From NCBI GenBank assembly GCA_951406725.2, contig OX597818.1, positions 92,876,001-92,940,000 of the forward strand: 64,000 nt of DNA. The letters are read 5' to 3'. Of the stretch, positions 52,246 through 64,000 are shown piece after piece (position 1 is the first letter of the stretch; every line of letters begins with the position of its first letter). The position numbers and the translations under genes are program-made. The notes below the pieces were generated by a model. The model had not been told where the DNA came from and made no database searches. It worked only from the letters and a program-made list of their open reading frames with translations. The stretch comes from Octopus vulgaris. Taxonomy: Eukaryota.

Positions 52246-53320
52246 GTGAGCGGTGTTCCACAGGGCACTGTCTTGGGACCACTGCTTTTTATAGTGGCCC
52301 TCTCAGATATGCCCTCAAATGCCCGGATAGCCACTCTGGCCAGCTATGCAGACGATACGAAAGTTTCGCAGAAAATACAGAACCCCAGCGATGTTGCACA
52401 CCTGCAGCAGGAGTTGGACTCAATCTACAGATGGGCTGAGGATAATAATATGCAGTTTAACGCTGAAAAATTCCAGGCTCTGCACTACCAGGATCCAAAA
52501 CTGAATATTAAACTTACAGGATACACCGGTCCACAGGGAATTTCAATCCCAGAGCCTAAGTCTGTGAGGGACCTGGGTATCGACATGAGTGATGATACCT
52601 CTTTCCAAGTGCACATTACCAGGATGGCGACAAAGTGCAGACGACTGGCTGGGTGGATCCTAAGAACATTCAGAACCAGAGATAAGGAAACCATGATGGT
52701 CCTCTGGCGGACATTCGTCCTCAGTCGCCTGGATTACTGCTCACAGCTATGGTCACCCACCAGTGTAAAATTAACAGCGGACCTTGAAGCAATCCAGAGA
52801 AGATTCACAAAGAAGATCGTCTCTTTGCAACAGCTCAGCTACTGGGAAAGGTTGAAACAGCTAAGACTCTACTCCCTGGAGAGAAGACGGGAGAGGTATG
52901 CAGTAATATATGTCTGGAAGATCCTGGAAGGAATTGTGCCAAATTTTGGCATTGTAAGCTACACCAATGCTAGAACGGGACGACACTGCATAGTGCCAAA
53001 GATCCCAGCAATGCCATCACGCTTCAGGACCAGCTTCTGCAACAGCCTGGGTTTCAAGGGCCCACAGCTTTTTAATATTCTCCCAAAGAGTCTGAAGAAC
53101 TTGCACAAAATAGATGTAGCGGTTTTTAAATCAAAGCTGGACATCTTCCTGTCAAGAGTCCCAGATGAACCTACCTCACGGCAAGAGGTGCAAATGAGAG
53201 TAGCTGTATCAAACTGCATTCTTCACCAAGTGCCACATATTAGACGAGGTTCGTCGTAATAACAGTGTAGCACAAAACGGCGGTGCATCAGCATGGCCGC
53301 AGCTCTGAGCTGAAACTAGA
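52246..53320 (+). mobile_element. CR1/L2-group LINE 3' part with uninterrupted RT C-terminal ORF (52246-53259)
   Basis: SGVPQGTVLGPLLF, YADDTK, RDLGI, LYSLERRRER; tail GGCGGTGCATCAGCATGGCCGCAGCTC..GAGCTGAAAC; TA on both sides. Confidence 0.92.
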
Positions 53321-53394
53321 AAAAAAAAATATATATATATATATATAAGAGAGAGAGAGAGAGAGAGAGAGATACAGATATGCATATATATGCG

Positions 53395-53443
<49 letters not shown>

Positions 53444-53694
53444 TTTTGTCTGTGTTGTCGCACATATTCTCCCGCTTTGTTCCAAACATTTAATGCCCCT
53501 AGCTTAGATTTTGGAGCCAACCAATTTTGAACAGTCTCAAGTGTAACAGTCCGACACTGTAGTGATAATTGGAGGCTTGACTGATGAATAGAAAGCCACG
53601 AATGTTCCTCCCTGGTTTTCCTGTTCATCTTTGTATCGTCCATCTGCTGGTATATTTTCATTGTCACCCGTTACTTTCTTGTTCGGTGTTTTGG

Positions 53695-53749
<55 letters not shown>

Positions 53750-53763
53750 CATACATACATACA

Positions 53764-53794
<31 letters not shown>

Positions 53795-54128
53795 GTAGGT
53801 ATATGTATATATATGCTTACGCTTGTGTCTGTATATGTTTGTATGTATGTATATGCGTATGTATTCCTCTGGGTGCGCGATACCTTGAGTGAGTTTTTTC
53901 TATTGTAACTTCGGCCTAACTAAGACTGAAAACTAAACAATACATAATTTATTGCGCAATTATCTGAAACGTACGTATTAAATGCTATTCAAAATATCAT
54001 TACTTGGTTTGACTTCAGTATTATACATTATAAGACCCTATGTAAGTTGGTGCTAACCAGTTCTAGCGCCATTCATATGGTTACTATAGCAAGGATTCGA
54101 AGTCACTTGATCTATTCGACTTGAATTG

Positions 54129-54169
<41 letters not shown>

Positions 54170-54382
54170 ATAAACATAACGTCATAAGAAATTTGAAAAG
54201 CTAAACGCGAAACCGGTCTTTCTTCTAAACTATGTCATTGTAAGAAAAAATTTTTTTTAATATTCTTCAGACATATTGACGCAAATATATATATTTTTTA
54301 ACCTTTAAGCCTTCTGTAGTTTTTTCACTTTTTACTATTTTCAATATATTCAACCATGTGCTTTCACAAACCAACTTTCTTA

Positions 54383-54437
<55 letters not shown>

Positions 54438-54475
54438 ATGTATATGTATATATATCAATATATATATATCATATA

Positions 54476-54507
<32 letters not shown>

Positions 54508-56687
54508 TGTGTATGTATGTATCTATGTATATGTATATATCGTGTCCAGCTTAGAAAAGATGCACTTCACCATAATCTATGATTCAAGTCGAATAGATCA
54601 AGCCACTCTTAATCCTTGTTATAGTATCCATAAGCATGCATGTACAAATAAACACGCATATGTAAAGAATAACCACTCATAGTTGCATATATTAAAAATA
54701 ATATGAGTGCATGTATAAGCCCACATCCATCTGTATATATGCACAGAGTAATTCGCTCTCACTTTCACAAATTTCTAGAACTGTGTAGAATAAAGAAAAA
54801 TAAACTAATAAACCTTGCCACTTTATTTAATTTTGTATGCAATAGCTCTACAATTGGTATGCAGCTTGGTCGTAGTTTTGTGCAAATCTAATCTTCTGTA
54901 TAATTTTGTTACATAAGATAACAATTATATACTTCCTCATAAATAAACTTGATACGTCTGGTCGTATCTGGAATCTGAAGTTATTTTTACATTTGTGGTA
55001 TACAGTTCCTAAAAAGCAATTCAAAATTTGGATAAGTTCTTTTCTTTGATAAAACTATTGCTCAAATTTCACCTTCCTGTAATCTGCACAAGCTTTCGTC
55101 ATGATACGGCAGGTGTTTGCATAAGTTGCTGAAAAAGTCGATTTAATTTTTGGCACATTAGCGTAGATATACAGTTCATTTTCACAGTTCATTTACAGTT
55201 CATTATTCACATTTTCAGATCATATATGAAAACTAGTAATAAAAGGGGAGCAAATATCGAACATGTGTGTATAGATGCATTGAGAGGTCAGAATGCTGAT
55301 TAAAAATGTAACTGATGCGTCTTCTAAGACATTTTAGTATCTGTTTGAGTAAATTATATATGTCGGTTGCTTGATGGTTCGGCTCTGGATTCCTTCTTGT
55401 ACGTAGACATGCAACAAAACTTTCCTAAATTAGAAACCCTAAATAAGTATTACCCTAACCGTAATTAGAATCTCAATGAGGGACAATCACGCAAGATCAA
55501 TTTATGGTATAATATATACAATAAAATACCATAAATCAAGAAACCAAGAACCCAACGAGAATGAAGGACAACTTAGAACAACGAGAAAGCTAGATATATA
55601 AAATTCACAGAAAACATGAACATTAAACATATACATCTATCACCAGCTGCTTAAGAGCTATCATTATTGTTTCGACTCCAGGGAAGTACGTACCATTGAA
55701 TTTCGCGACGTCAACGATTTTTAAAGCATAAGCTTGGATTTTGCTGTAAGTAAAACAGAAGTGACAAGAGGTAGTTATCTACCTCTTACAGTAGTCGCTC
55801 GGAAATTTAGCTGGAATTTGATGAGGCCTGGTTTCGAAGTATCAGCAAATTATCTGTTATGTACTCTTAGTGTTTTTTTTTTGTTTTTTTTGTGGTGGGG
55901 TTATACTGGTAGAAACAAAACTTAAATTGCTCAATGTCTGTGAGATAAACAACCTGATGGAACTGAATAAAGACTATGCAGACTGCACTATTGAAAATTA
56001 GGTGTATTTGTAAACGAAAGCAGTCGTAACATGATACAAACCGGTAATCTTTCTGCTGGTAGACTCAAACGCAAACTCTTCAAGAATTCTTGATGTCTAC
56101 TTTACTGGGCGATATTGATATAGAGAGACAAGAATAAATAACTGAGGAACTGGTAGTACTGTAAACTCTACAACATTTTATATATTTTCAGCTGCCCTAA
56201 TTTATATTTCCTTAAATAAATCCATGTCACATCTGTTATTTATTAATAAACATTTAAAAATGCTTTACCGTTTCCTCAATCGTTTACCAGAAATCAATTT
56301 GGATTATAAAACAAATAAACACACAGAATGTAATAAAACAAAATAAAATGAAGAAAGAAAACAAAAATATAGCGATCGTAATCTTGTGGGGTTTTTTTCG
56401 CTTCTTTCTGTTTTTCTTCCCTACCATCGTTTATTCACAACTGCACACCGAACGACAGGCTATAACAAAGTACGCTATAACAAAGTACACACGCACAAAC
56501 AAACACATACACACACACACACACGGGCACACCACAGGCAATAGTGTGCCCGTGTGTGTACATGTGTGTGTGTGAAAGAGACAAACTCAGTGTTTATACA
56601 CACACACACGCACATATATATATATACATATATATTTCATTTGGTTTCAGCTCACGAGCTGTGGCCATGCTGGGGCACCGCCATTTA

Positions 56688-56732
<45 letters not shown>

Positions 56733-56737
<5 letters not shown>

Positions 56738-57465
56738 AGATAAGAAAATGGAGAAATACATCTAAATCAAATATCAATTACCAGATAATACTCAATCACA
56801 TACTTTATTAAACCACCACATAAGAGACTGTAAGGTTAAATATAAAAAGCAGAACAAATCAGTGTACATAAAGGAATGTACATAAAAAAGTGTACATAAA
56901 AGAGTAATGTTGTATAATAAGTAGAATATATATAAAAGAGAATATAAATACAAGTAAATATAAATATACTTATATTTATATTTACTTGTATTTATATTCT
57001 CTTTTATATATATTCTACTTATACAACATTACTCTTTTATATACAAGTAAATATAAATATACTTATATTTACATTTACTTGTATTTATATTCTCTTTTAT
57101 ATATATTCTACTTATTATACAACATTACTCTTTTATGTACACTTTTTTATGTACATTCCTTTATGTACACTGATTTGTTCTGCTTTTTATATTTAACTCT
57201 ACAGTCTCTTATGTGGTGGTTTAATAAAGTATGTGATTGAGTATTATCTGGTAATTGATATTTGATTTAGATGTATTTCTCCATTTTCTTATCTTGTATT
57301 ATTAATTTGTGGTAAATCATTTTACCTTTGCCCATATAATACAGTAAATGAATTGATTGCATCGCATTCATTAACATTTATGTATTAACTTTGTTGGGTA
57401 CTTCACTAGCAGTATATTGGATATATGTTATCCCATAAAGGTTTGCATTTACAACCCCTATCTCA

Positions 57466-57470
<5 letters not shown>
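56733..57470. mobile_element. TA-embedded fold-back element, copy 2 (inverted relative to copy 1)
   Basis: Arms 56733-56970/57060-57298; 57300-57440 is the reverse complement of ~51685-51822. Confidence 0.75.
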
Positions 57471-57526
<56 letters not shown>

Positions 57527-57569
57527 TGTTATGTATGTATGTATGTATGTATGTATGTGTATATATATG

Positions 57570-57626
<57 letters not shown>

Positions 57627-57833
57627 ATATGTATATATATATATTTGTATATGTATATATATATATTTGTATATGTATATATTTATATTTGTATATGTAT
57701 ATATATATATTTGTATATTTATATTTGTATATGTATATATATATATATTTGTATATGTATATATTTGTATATATATATATATATATTTGTATATGTATAT
57801 ATTTGTATATATATATATATATTTGTATATATT

Positions 57834-57874
<41 letters not shown>

Positions 57875-57893
57875 GTATATATATGTATATATT

Positions 57894-57939
<46 letters not shown>

Positions 57940-57952
57940 ATATAAGTATATT

Positions 57953-58019
<67 letters not shown>

Positions 58020-58269
58020 CATGCTAGCATGGAAAACGGACGCTAAACGATGATGATGATGATGATATATATATACTTGTGTATATATATATATATATAT
58101 AAAACAAGCCAAGTAACTGATTGTAAACTCTCTATAAGAGACATAAGTAGTAACTCTACTGAAAAGTAAATGTTTGTTGCCACTACAACATGGCTGTTCC
58201 ATACGGAGCTGGAGGACGTGTCCACCTGGGGTTAAAAAAGAGTAGTGTATATATATACACACACACACA

Positions 58270-58486
58270 CGAGGGGTTGTTGAAGAGTTCCTGGCTTCGG
58301 GTGAAAGAAAATACAGAAAGATCAGTTAATTATGATTTTATGCAACATATTCCCTTCTCAGATTCACATACTTATTGCAGCAGCCCTTCAGTTTTCGTAA
58401 GTCATGTAAAAGAAATCTGGAAGTTGGGCCGCCATCCGGGCTTTTCATGATAACCTTAGTACCAGGAACTTTTCTGCACACCCTTG
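58270..58486. mobile_element. mariner-like MITE
   Basis: Imperfect TIR CGAGGGGTTGTTGAAGAGTTCCTGG/CCAGGAACTTTTCTGCACACCCTTG. Confidence 0.65.
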
Positions 58487-59031
58487 TGTGTGTGTATTCA
58501 ACATACGATGCTCTTTTTGTGTTTGATATCTTCACGCCACTCCTCTTCAACAGTCATTTTATGTTATGATAATAAAATTACATTACATACTCTGAATGGA
58601 GTGCACAAAAATAATCTCAGCTGTTTTTCGACCTTTTCAAATCAACACATATTGATCAAAACAAGTTTCTGAAGACTTCAATTCACCGATGAAGACATAT
58701 AAAACCAAAACATGCTTGTAGTAGTCTTTTGAAAATTAATTTTTCTACAAATTAATTCTTAATGGCTTGAAATCGTCTCTCTTTTCTTAGACAGGATTCT
58801 AACAATTACTCTCTTCTTCTTTGGTTTTTCGTTGATTTTTCTGTCTCTTTCTCAAAAAAAGTCAGATTTCAGTTCATTAATAATTTTATGCGCATGTCAT
58901 ACTGTATATTACCATTTTTGTGAATTATATACATTTATGTCATTGGGCCACTTCAGTTATTTCCCTTGCCTCACTGCCTAACAACAAGTATTTGTTCATA
59001 TACTCTGCACAAACACATGTATGTGTAAGTA

Positions 59032-59067
<36 letters not shown>

Positions 59068-59117
59068 TGTATGTAGGTATGTATGTATGTAGGTAGGTAG
59101 GTATATATACATGATTG

Positions 59118-59163
<46 letters not shown>

Positions 59164-60458
59164 GCACCATATTTGCTATATATAGAATAATGCTAGGAAG
59201 GTGCAGTTGAATGTAAATGCTAAAAGAGGTCATCACCACAAGCAAGTTCCACTTTCAGAACACAAGATGGTGCTGTGTAATTATTGACCTAGATCTTTCA
59301 TCTCGTGCGCGACTAAAATGCTCCCATAAATAAATTATCTGTCAATTATGCTCACAAATTCATCGTTACTTCTCGACCTAATATTGACCACCTAACTAAT
59401 ATGTTTAACACATCGCATTCACCACTGATGAAGTTTAGTTCAGCGATTTATTTATTTTGACTTATGATGCTTTCTATAAAGTTTACTGTGCAATGTAATA
59501 TATTGAGAGAACATGCTATTTCAGGATAGTAGATGTTTGGATTTTTTCCTGAAAAACTGTCACCAAATTCGGTTTTAATATAAAACAGCCAGAAGAGGAA
59601 AGGTTGCGTCCATGCACTTCGCAGACCCTGCTAGATTAACGAGAACAATGCGGTTAATGTATAATTCAAACATCTATTAGTCAAAGTCTGTAGAAAAATG
59701 TCAGCCGCCTACGATAGAATAACAATAATACATTAGTGTGTTGTGCAGTTATATTTGGCGGCCAGATTCCGGTTGGAAGCAAATAATTTTCTTTGCAAAC
59801 TGTTTCAGTAAAAACGATAAATTTTTCGTTTACGTAACCAGCATGGCTTCATTTACAAGAAAATAAGTAGATCCACTATGTAAGAATTTAATGTCAAATG
59901 GATAAGATTATACCCAAATTTTTCATTCATGACACACGGTATCATTGATATTTGATGAATGAACATGTATCAAGAAATCATAGAAATATAATTATGTGTA
60001 ATCCAGTCGATTAAGAAATGTTTAAACGGTGGCTTCTAGCTAAAATGTAACAGTAAAATCTTCAGATAGACATTTTGTCTTGGAAAAGGAATGATATTTT
60101 GGATAATATAGACCTGGATATGTTATAACTGAAGGTAGAAGAAATAGGATAGTCATGAACTGGACATTGTGTTGGGGTTTAGCTCTAAGATTGAGTGAGT
60201 GTGTAAGGTCGTGGTGATTCTGATATTGATGGTTCGTGAGTTGTATGTAGAGGAAGTAAAGAAAGCTTGTTTTGGCGGGTGGTTTTAGAGTAATGTTTGG
60301 TGGCTAAGCTACAGAATATATTAGTGTAGATATTGATAATGCCATTGGTGATTATGTTGATAATACCTGTGATGTGGTATTAATAATGCTTGTTATGTTA
60401 CTTATATAAGATAGTGCATATTCCTACGATACTGATGATGCCTATGTTGGCGGTTATA

Positions 60459-60722
60459 CGAGGAGGTGCCCAAAGGTAATCGGAAACGTTCTCTCGGGAA
60501 AAAGCCTGATGTAGTTCAGACTTCTGCCGCTAGAAGCCACTTGATGCAACCCTCGGGTATCAGTCTGCCGACCAGTTTTATCGACTGAAGTCGTACTGCC
60601 ATGTGGTGCATTTTTATTTTGCAATGCTTCTCTCCAATTCGTCGATGTTTGCGATGGTTGAATCGAAGGAACAGTGTGCTTCCTTGAAATTCTGCTTCTT
60701 GCTAGGGAAAACGACGGCCAAA
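60459..60722 (+). mobile_element. mariner 5' fragment
   Basis: TA|CGAGG TIR start; MVESKEQCASLKFCFLLGK resembles a mariner N-terminus. Confidence 0.65.
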
Positions 60723-60970
60723 ATTGATTTGGTTGGTTGGTTGGTTGGTTGGTTGGTTATGTTGATATAATGACCGTGGTGATGGTAGTGGCGGCGGCGG
60801 CGGTGGTGGTGATTGTCGTGGTGGTTGTGGTGGTTGTGGTGGATGTGGTGGTGGTGGTGTTAGTCCTCATTGATTCAAAATTCGTGGTAATGTTTGAGAT
60901 GATGTTGACAATATTATTAATGGTTATGTGAAAAATAACATTAATTATAATTTGTCTTCTTTAATTACAG

Positions 60971-60990
60971 ATGATGGAGATGACCCTCAG
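60971..60990 (+). CDS. Candidate 20-nt microexon (xDGDDPQ)
   Basis: Acceptor TTTGTCTTCTTTAATTACAG and donor CAG|GTAAGC; a phase 1 entry fits exon 17142-17268. Confidence 0.55.
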
Positions 60991-61431
60991 GTAAGCATCG
61001 ATTTTTGATTTAGTTTCTTAACGAACATTTATCTTTTATCTTTTACTTATTTTAATCATAGTCTGCGGCCATGCTGGGGCACCGTCTTGACGAATTTTTA
61101 GTTGAATGGATCGAGCCCCAGTACCTATTCTATTAGTCTTTCTTGCCGAACCGCATGTTTCTATTAGTGGTTTGACTAATTATTTGTGAAAAAAAGATAA
61201 TAAAAAAATTTTAAAAGGCTGGGGACAGATATTTATGGTGATCGAACATAGCGTTAACTAATAGATTAGAGCAGGTAATATGTTATTTGAGATTAAGAAT
61301 GAAATGTGTAACTGGAGTGTAATTGGATGGGTTGCTGATCCGCTCATATATCTTACAGTCAAAATTGAGAAGAGCGAAGTTCTGAGACCATCGGAATAAA
61401 TGATAACAATTTCAGAATGGCTGTCTTTCAG

Positions 61432-61734
61432 TTGCAGCGTGGAAGTGTTTATAAGCCATTTAAGAAACACACAAAAACCGTTAGATTCACTTCAACATTT
61501 AAATTTAATTTGTCAAAATATTTTCGTTTTAAGACCGCGACATATTTTGTCAGTGAACAGGTCACGGTCTCAAAGCGACGAAAATATTTTGACAAATTAA
61601 ATTTAAATGTTGAAGTAAATCTAACAGTTTTTGTGTGTTTCTTAAATGGTTTATAAACACCTTCCACGCTGCAATTGTTTTCGTTCCAGCACACGATCTC
61701 AGATCAAGTCACTCGCTATGCAAGTACATCTCTG
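61432..61734. mobile_element. Palindromic MITE
   Basis: Arms 61432-61540/61561-61674; right end ..ACATCTCTG|TA. Confidence 0.7.
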
Positions 61735-62428
61735 TAATGTCCTTCAGTTGTCAGATCTATAGATTCTTTCGGGAGTTTTTAAATCTAAAATTCTTTATAT
61801 TCTAAAATTCAAATACACACACACATGCACAGAATTAAGCGTGGTTCATAAAACAGGAAAGCACTCAATGCACCAGAGAAACTGAAATTATAAATTACCA
61901 TAATTGTTTATGTGATACTGTTGTTATATGAGAGTGTGCATGCGTGTGCGCGGGTTCTCATTACAAGGAGGATATACACGACTTCCATGTTTTTACTAAG
62001 TAGCTCTCATCAGGATTAAAAAAATGCAGAGTTTTTTTATATATATGACTCATATTTTAGGTGCCACATGGGAGTGGAACTGAGAGTGTGGTTTAATAGT
62101 GTGTTTTTGTGAAATATGAAGACATCGTGATAAGTTGTTTGAACAGCAATCAAACATAAAGATTTTTACTTATAAGCTACAAAAATACACCATTAAGTCA
62201 AACCTACATAGCAATTAATAAGTAGATTTCACAAGATGAACGAATATTGCATAAAACGTCTGGGAAACTTAATAAAAATTTTACAATCAGACCAAGGTTA
62301 CTGAGATAAAACTTCAAAATCACTGTCAGTGTTTTTTTCTATTAAAAGTAAATGCGATACTTTTCAAAATGTTGAGCAAGGTTTTAATGATGTTTGAATG
62401 TATTTATAATTTCATAATTAAAAGAAAA

Positions 62429-62478
<50 letters not shown>

Positions 62479-62482
<4 letters not shown>

Positions 62483-62790
62483 TATTATAAAAGGCAGATT
62501 TTATCTGCCTCCCTTTGGGAGTTATACAAATCTACAATATAGGATTTCTTCAATTACAATTTACCTGGCATTTTTGAGAGTACAATGCATCGCGTCATGC
62601 CAGGTCAGTTTTTAAAATTTAAACTCCAATTAAGCAAAATTTACAGAAAACTCACATTCTGGTGTGTGTGTCAAATGCTTTTCTTAGTCTGGTTTACACC
62701 ACACGCAAACGCACACACACAGTGGGCAACGTATAAAATGAAATAAATAGCGACAGAGTGATTTGAGGAAGACTAAAGTGAAAGTATTCT
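62479..62790 (+). mobile_element. Possible non-autonomous Helitron 5' part
   Basis: A|TCTCTTATTATAAAA start followed by a hairpin; no CTRR 3' end identified. Confidence 0.35.
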
Positions 62791-62958
62791 GTCTATGACG
62801 CTGATAGATATATGAGTAAAATGTATGGGAAGCTAAGAGCTAAGAGTGAGTGAAAATGTTCTTGGAAGAGAGTAATTAGTAATAAAGTAAACATACACTC
62901 ATACATACATACATACATACATACATACATACATACATACATACATACATACATACAT

Positions 62959-62991
<33 letters not shown>

Positions 62992-63074
62992 TACACACAC
63001 ACATACATACACACACACATACATACATACACACATACATACATACATATACATACATACATACATACATACAT

Positions 63075-63105
<31 letters not shown>

Positions 63106-63319
63106 TACACACACACACAGTATTGAAGCTTGAGAACAATCAGATACATTTGCAACACATCTGTTGAAAATATTATTGTTCACACACATACATATACATA
63201 TATACATACAGACAGACAGACAGATAGACACACACACACACACACACACACACATGATCCAGCATGGCCACAACCTCAAGGCTGAAACATATAAAAGAAT
63301 AACAGAATATAAATGTGTG

Positions 63320-63665
63320 CAAAGTACAAGAAATATTAATGCAGTATATGGGGATTGGACAATAAGCGTAAGGCAGTGTCAATGGTGGTTCCAGAAATCC
63401 TGAGCCATAAACTACAGCCTAGAAGACGAGCCTCATCCTGAAAGATCTGTAGAACTCGACAAGGACATCCTGAAAACCCTGGTGGAACAAAATATCATCG
63501 TAACTGTTGAGGAACTAGCAGAGAAGCTTGGATTTGGTCATTCAACCATTCATTGAGACCTGTGTGCTATCGGAAAAGTCAGCAAATTGGGTCAATGGGT
63601 TCCTCACGAATTTTCCGAGTCTAATTGCATGCAGAGAGTGAATGTATGCTTTTCTTTGCTGTCAT
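63320..63665 (+). pseudogene. mariner transposase N-terminal relic
   Basis: RNINAVYG, WWFQK, LEDEP, TVEELAEKLG, GKVSKLGQWVPHE (WVPHEL motif), internal stops. Confidence 0.85.
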
Positions 63666-63691
63666 ATCTCACCACTACTGCGCTATGTATA

Positions 63692-64000
63692 TCTATATAT
63701 ATAAAACTGTAGTTGTGTGAGTGTCTGTCCCCTTCGATTTAGATTCCTAACTACTCCCACATTTTGCGGTACAGTTTAACCAAATTCGGGTAGCTTATAG
63801 TCGTGATTCATATCGAGCCCGTCTGAATATTAGCGCGCGTCTACGATGAGTCTACGATTTTTAAAATAATTTAACATCATTTTTTATTCCATTTTAATGC
63901 ATAATTTTTCGGGTGTCGATGGCGGCGGAGTTGGTGTCCACGCTCACACCTGCACCTGTGGGGAAGGGAGTGTAAGGAAATCAACGTCGTAATGCGTTGT
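63692..64000 (+). mobile_element. Possible non-autonomous Helitron 5' part
   Basis: A|TCTATATATATAAAA..GTGTGAGTGTCTGTC start typical of Helitron MITEs; runs off the window. Confidence 0.45.

Noticed and set aside
53525-53600. Permuted (type II) hammerhead GAAC-A-GTC-TCAAG..CTTGA-CTGATGA
   Set aside because: GAAA box incomplete and no convincing stem II

Overview
AT-rich, microsatellite- and transposon-saturated eukaryotic DNA. The SINE families and the (TA)n/(TACA)n/(ATT)n density suggest an octopod cephalopod; this is inferred, not verified. There are no prokaryotic features. Most long ORFs are either retrotransposon/transposase relics or artefacts of simple repeats. The relics include a near-complete CR1/L2-type LINE ORF2, a hAT transposase, R4/Dong-like RLE elements, Penelope-like, RTE, Tx1, Gypsy gag, mariner and Chapaev-like pieces. 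Host-gene signal is limited to three candidates: a 3' terminal exon (16783-16874), a first exon encoding a signal-anchor (17142-17268) right after it, and a phase-compatible 20-nt microexon (60971-60990). Together these imply that most of the window is one ~43.7-kb intron. The most notable non-coding signals are: (1) an intact minimal hammerhead ribozyme with a very long stem II inside a 1.2-kb TA-embedded element with inverted ends, plus three decayed hammerheads; (2) recurrent short-range inverted duplications, one bracketing an apparent ~2-kb inversion; (3) LINE classes partitioned by microsatellite type (TA versus TAA), with a 3' tail shared between SINEs and LINEs; (4) GG-ended, 8-bp-TSD MITEs, some carrying TTAGGG repeats.
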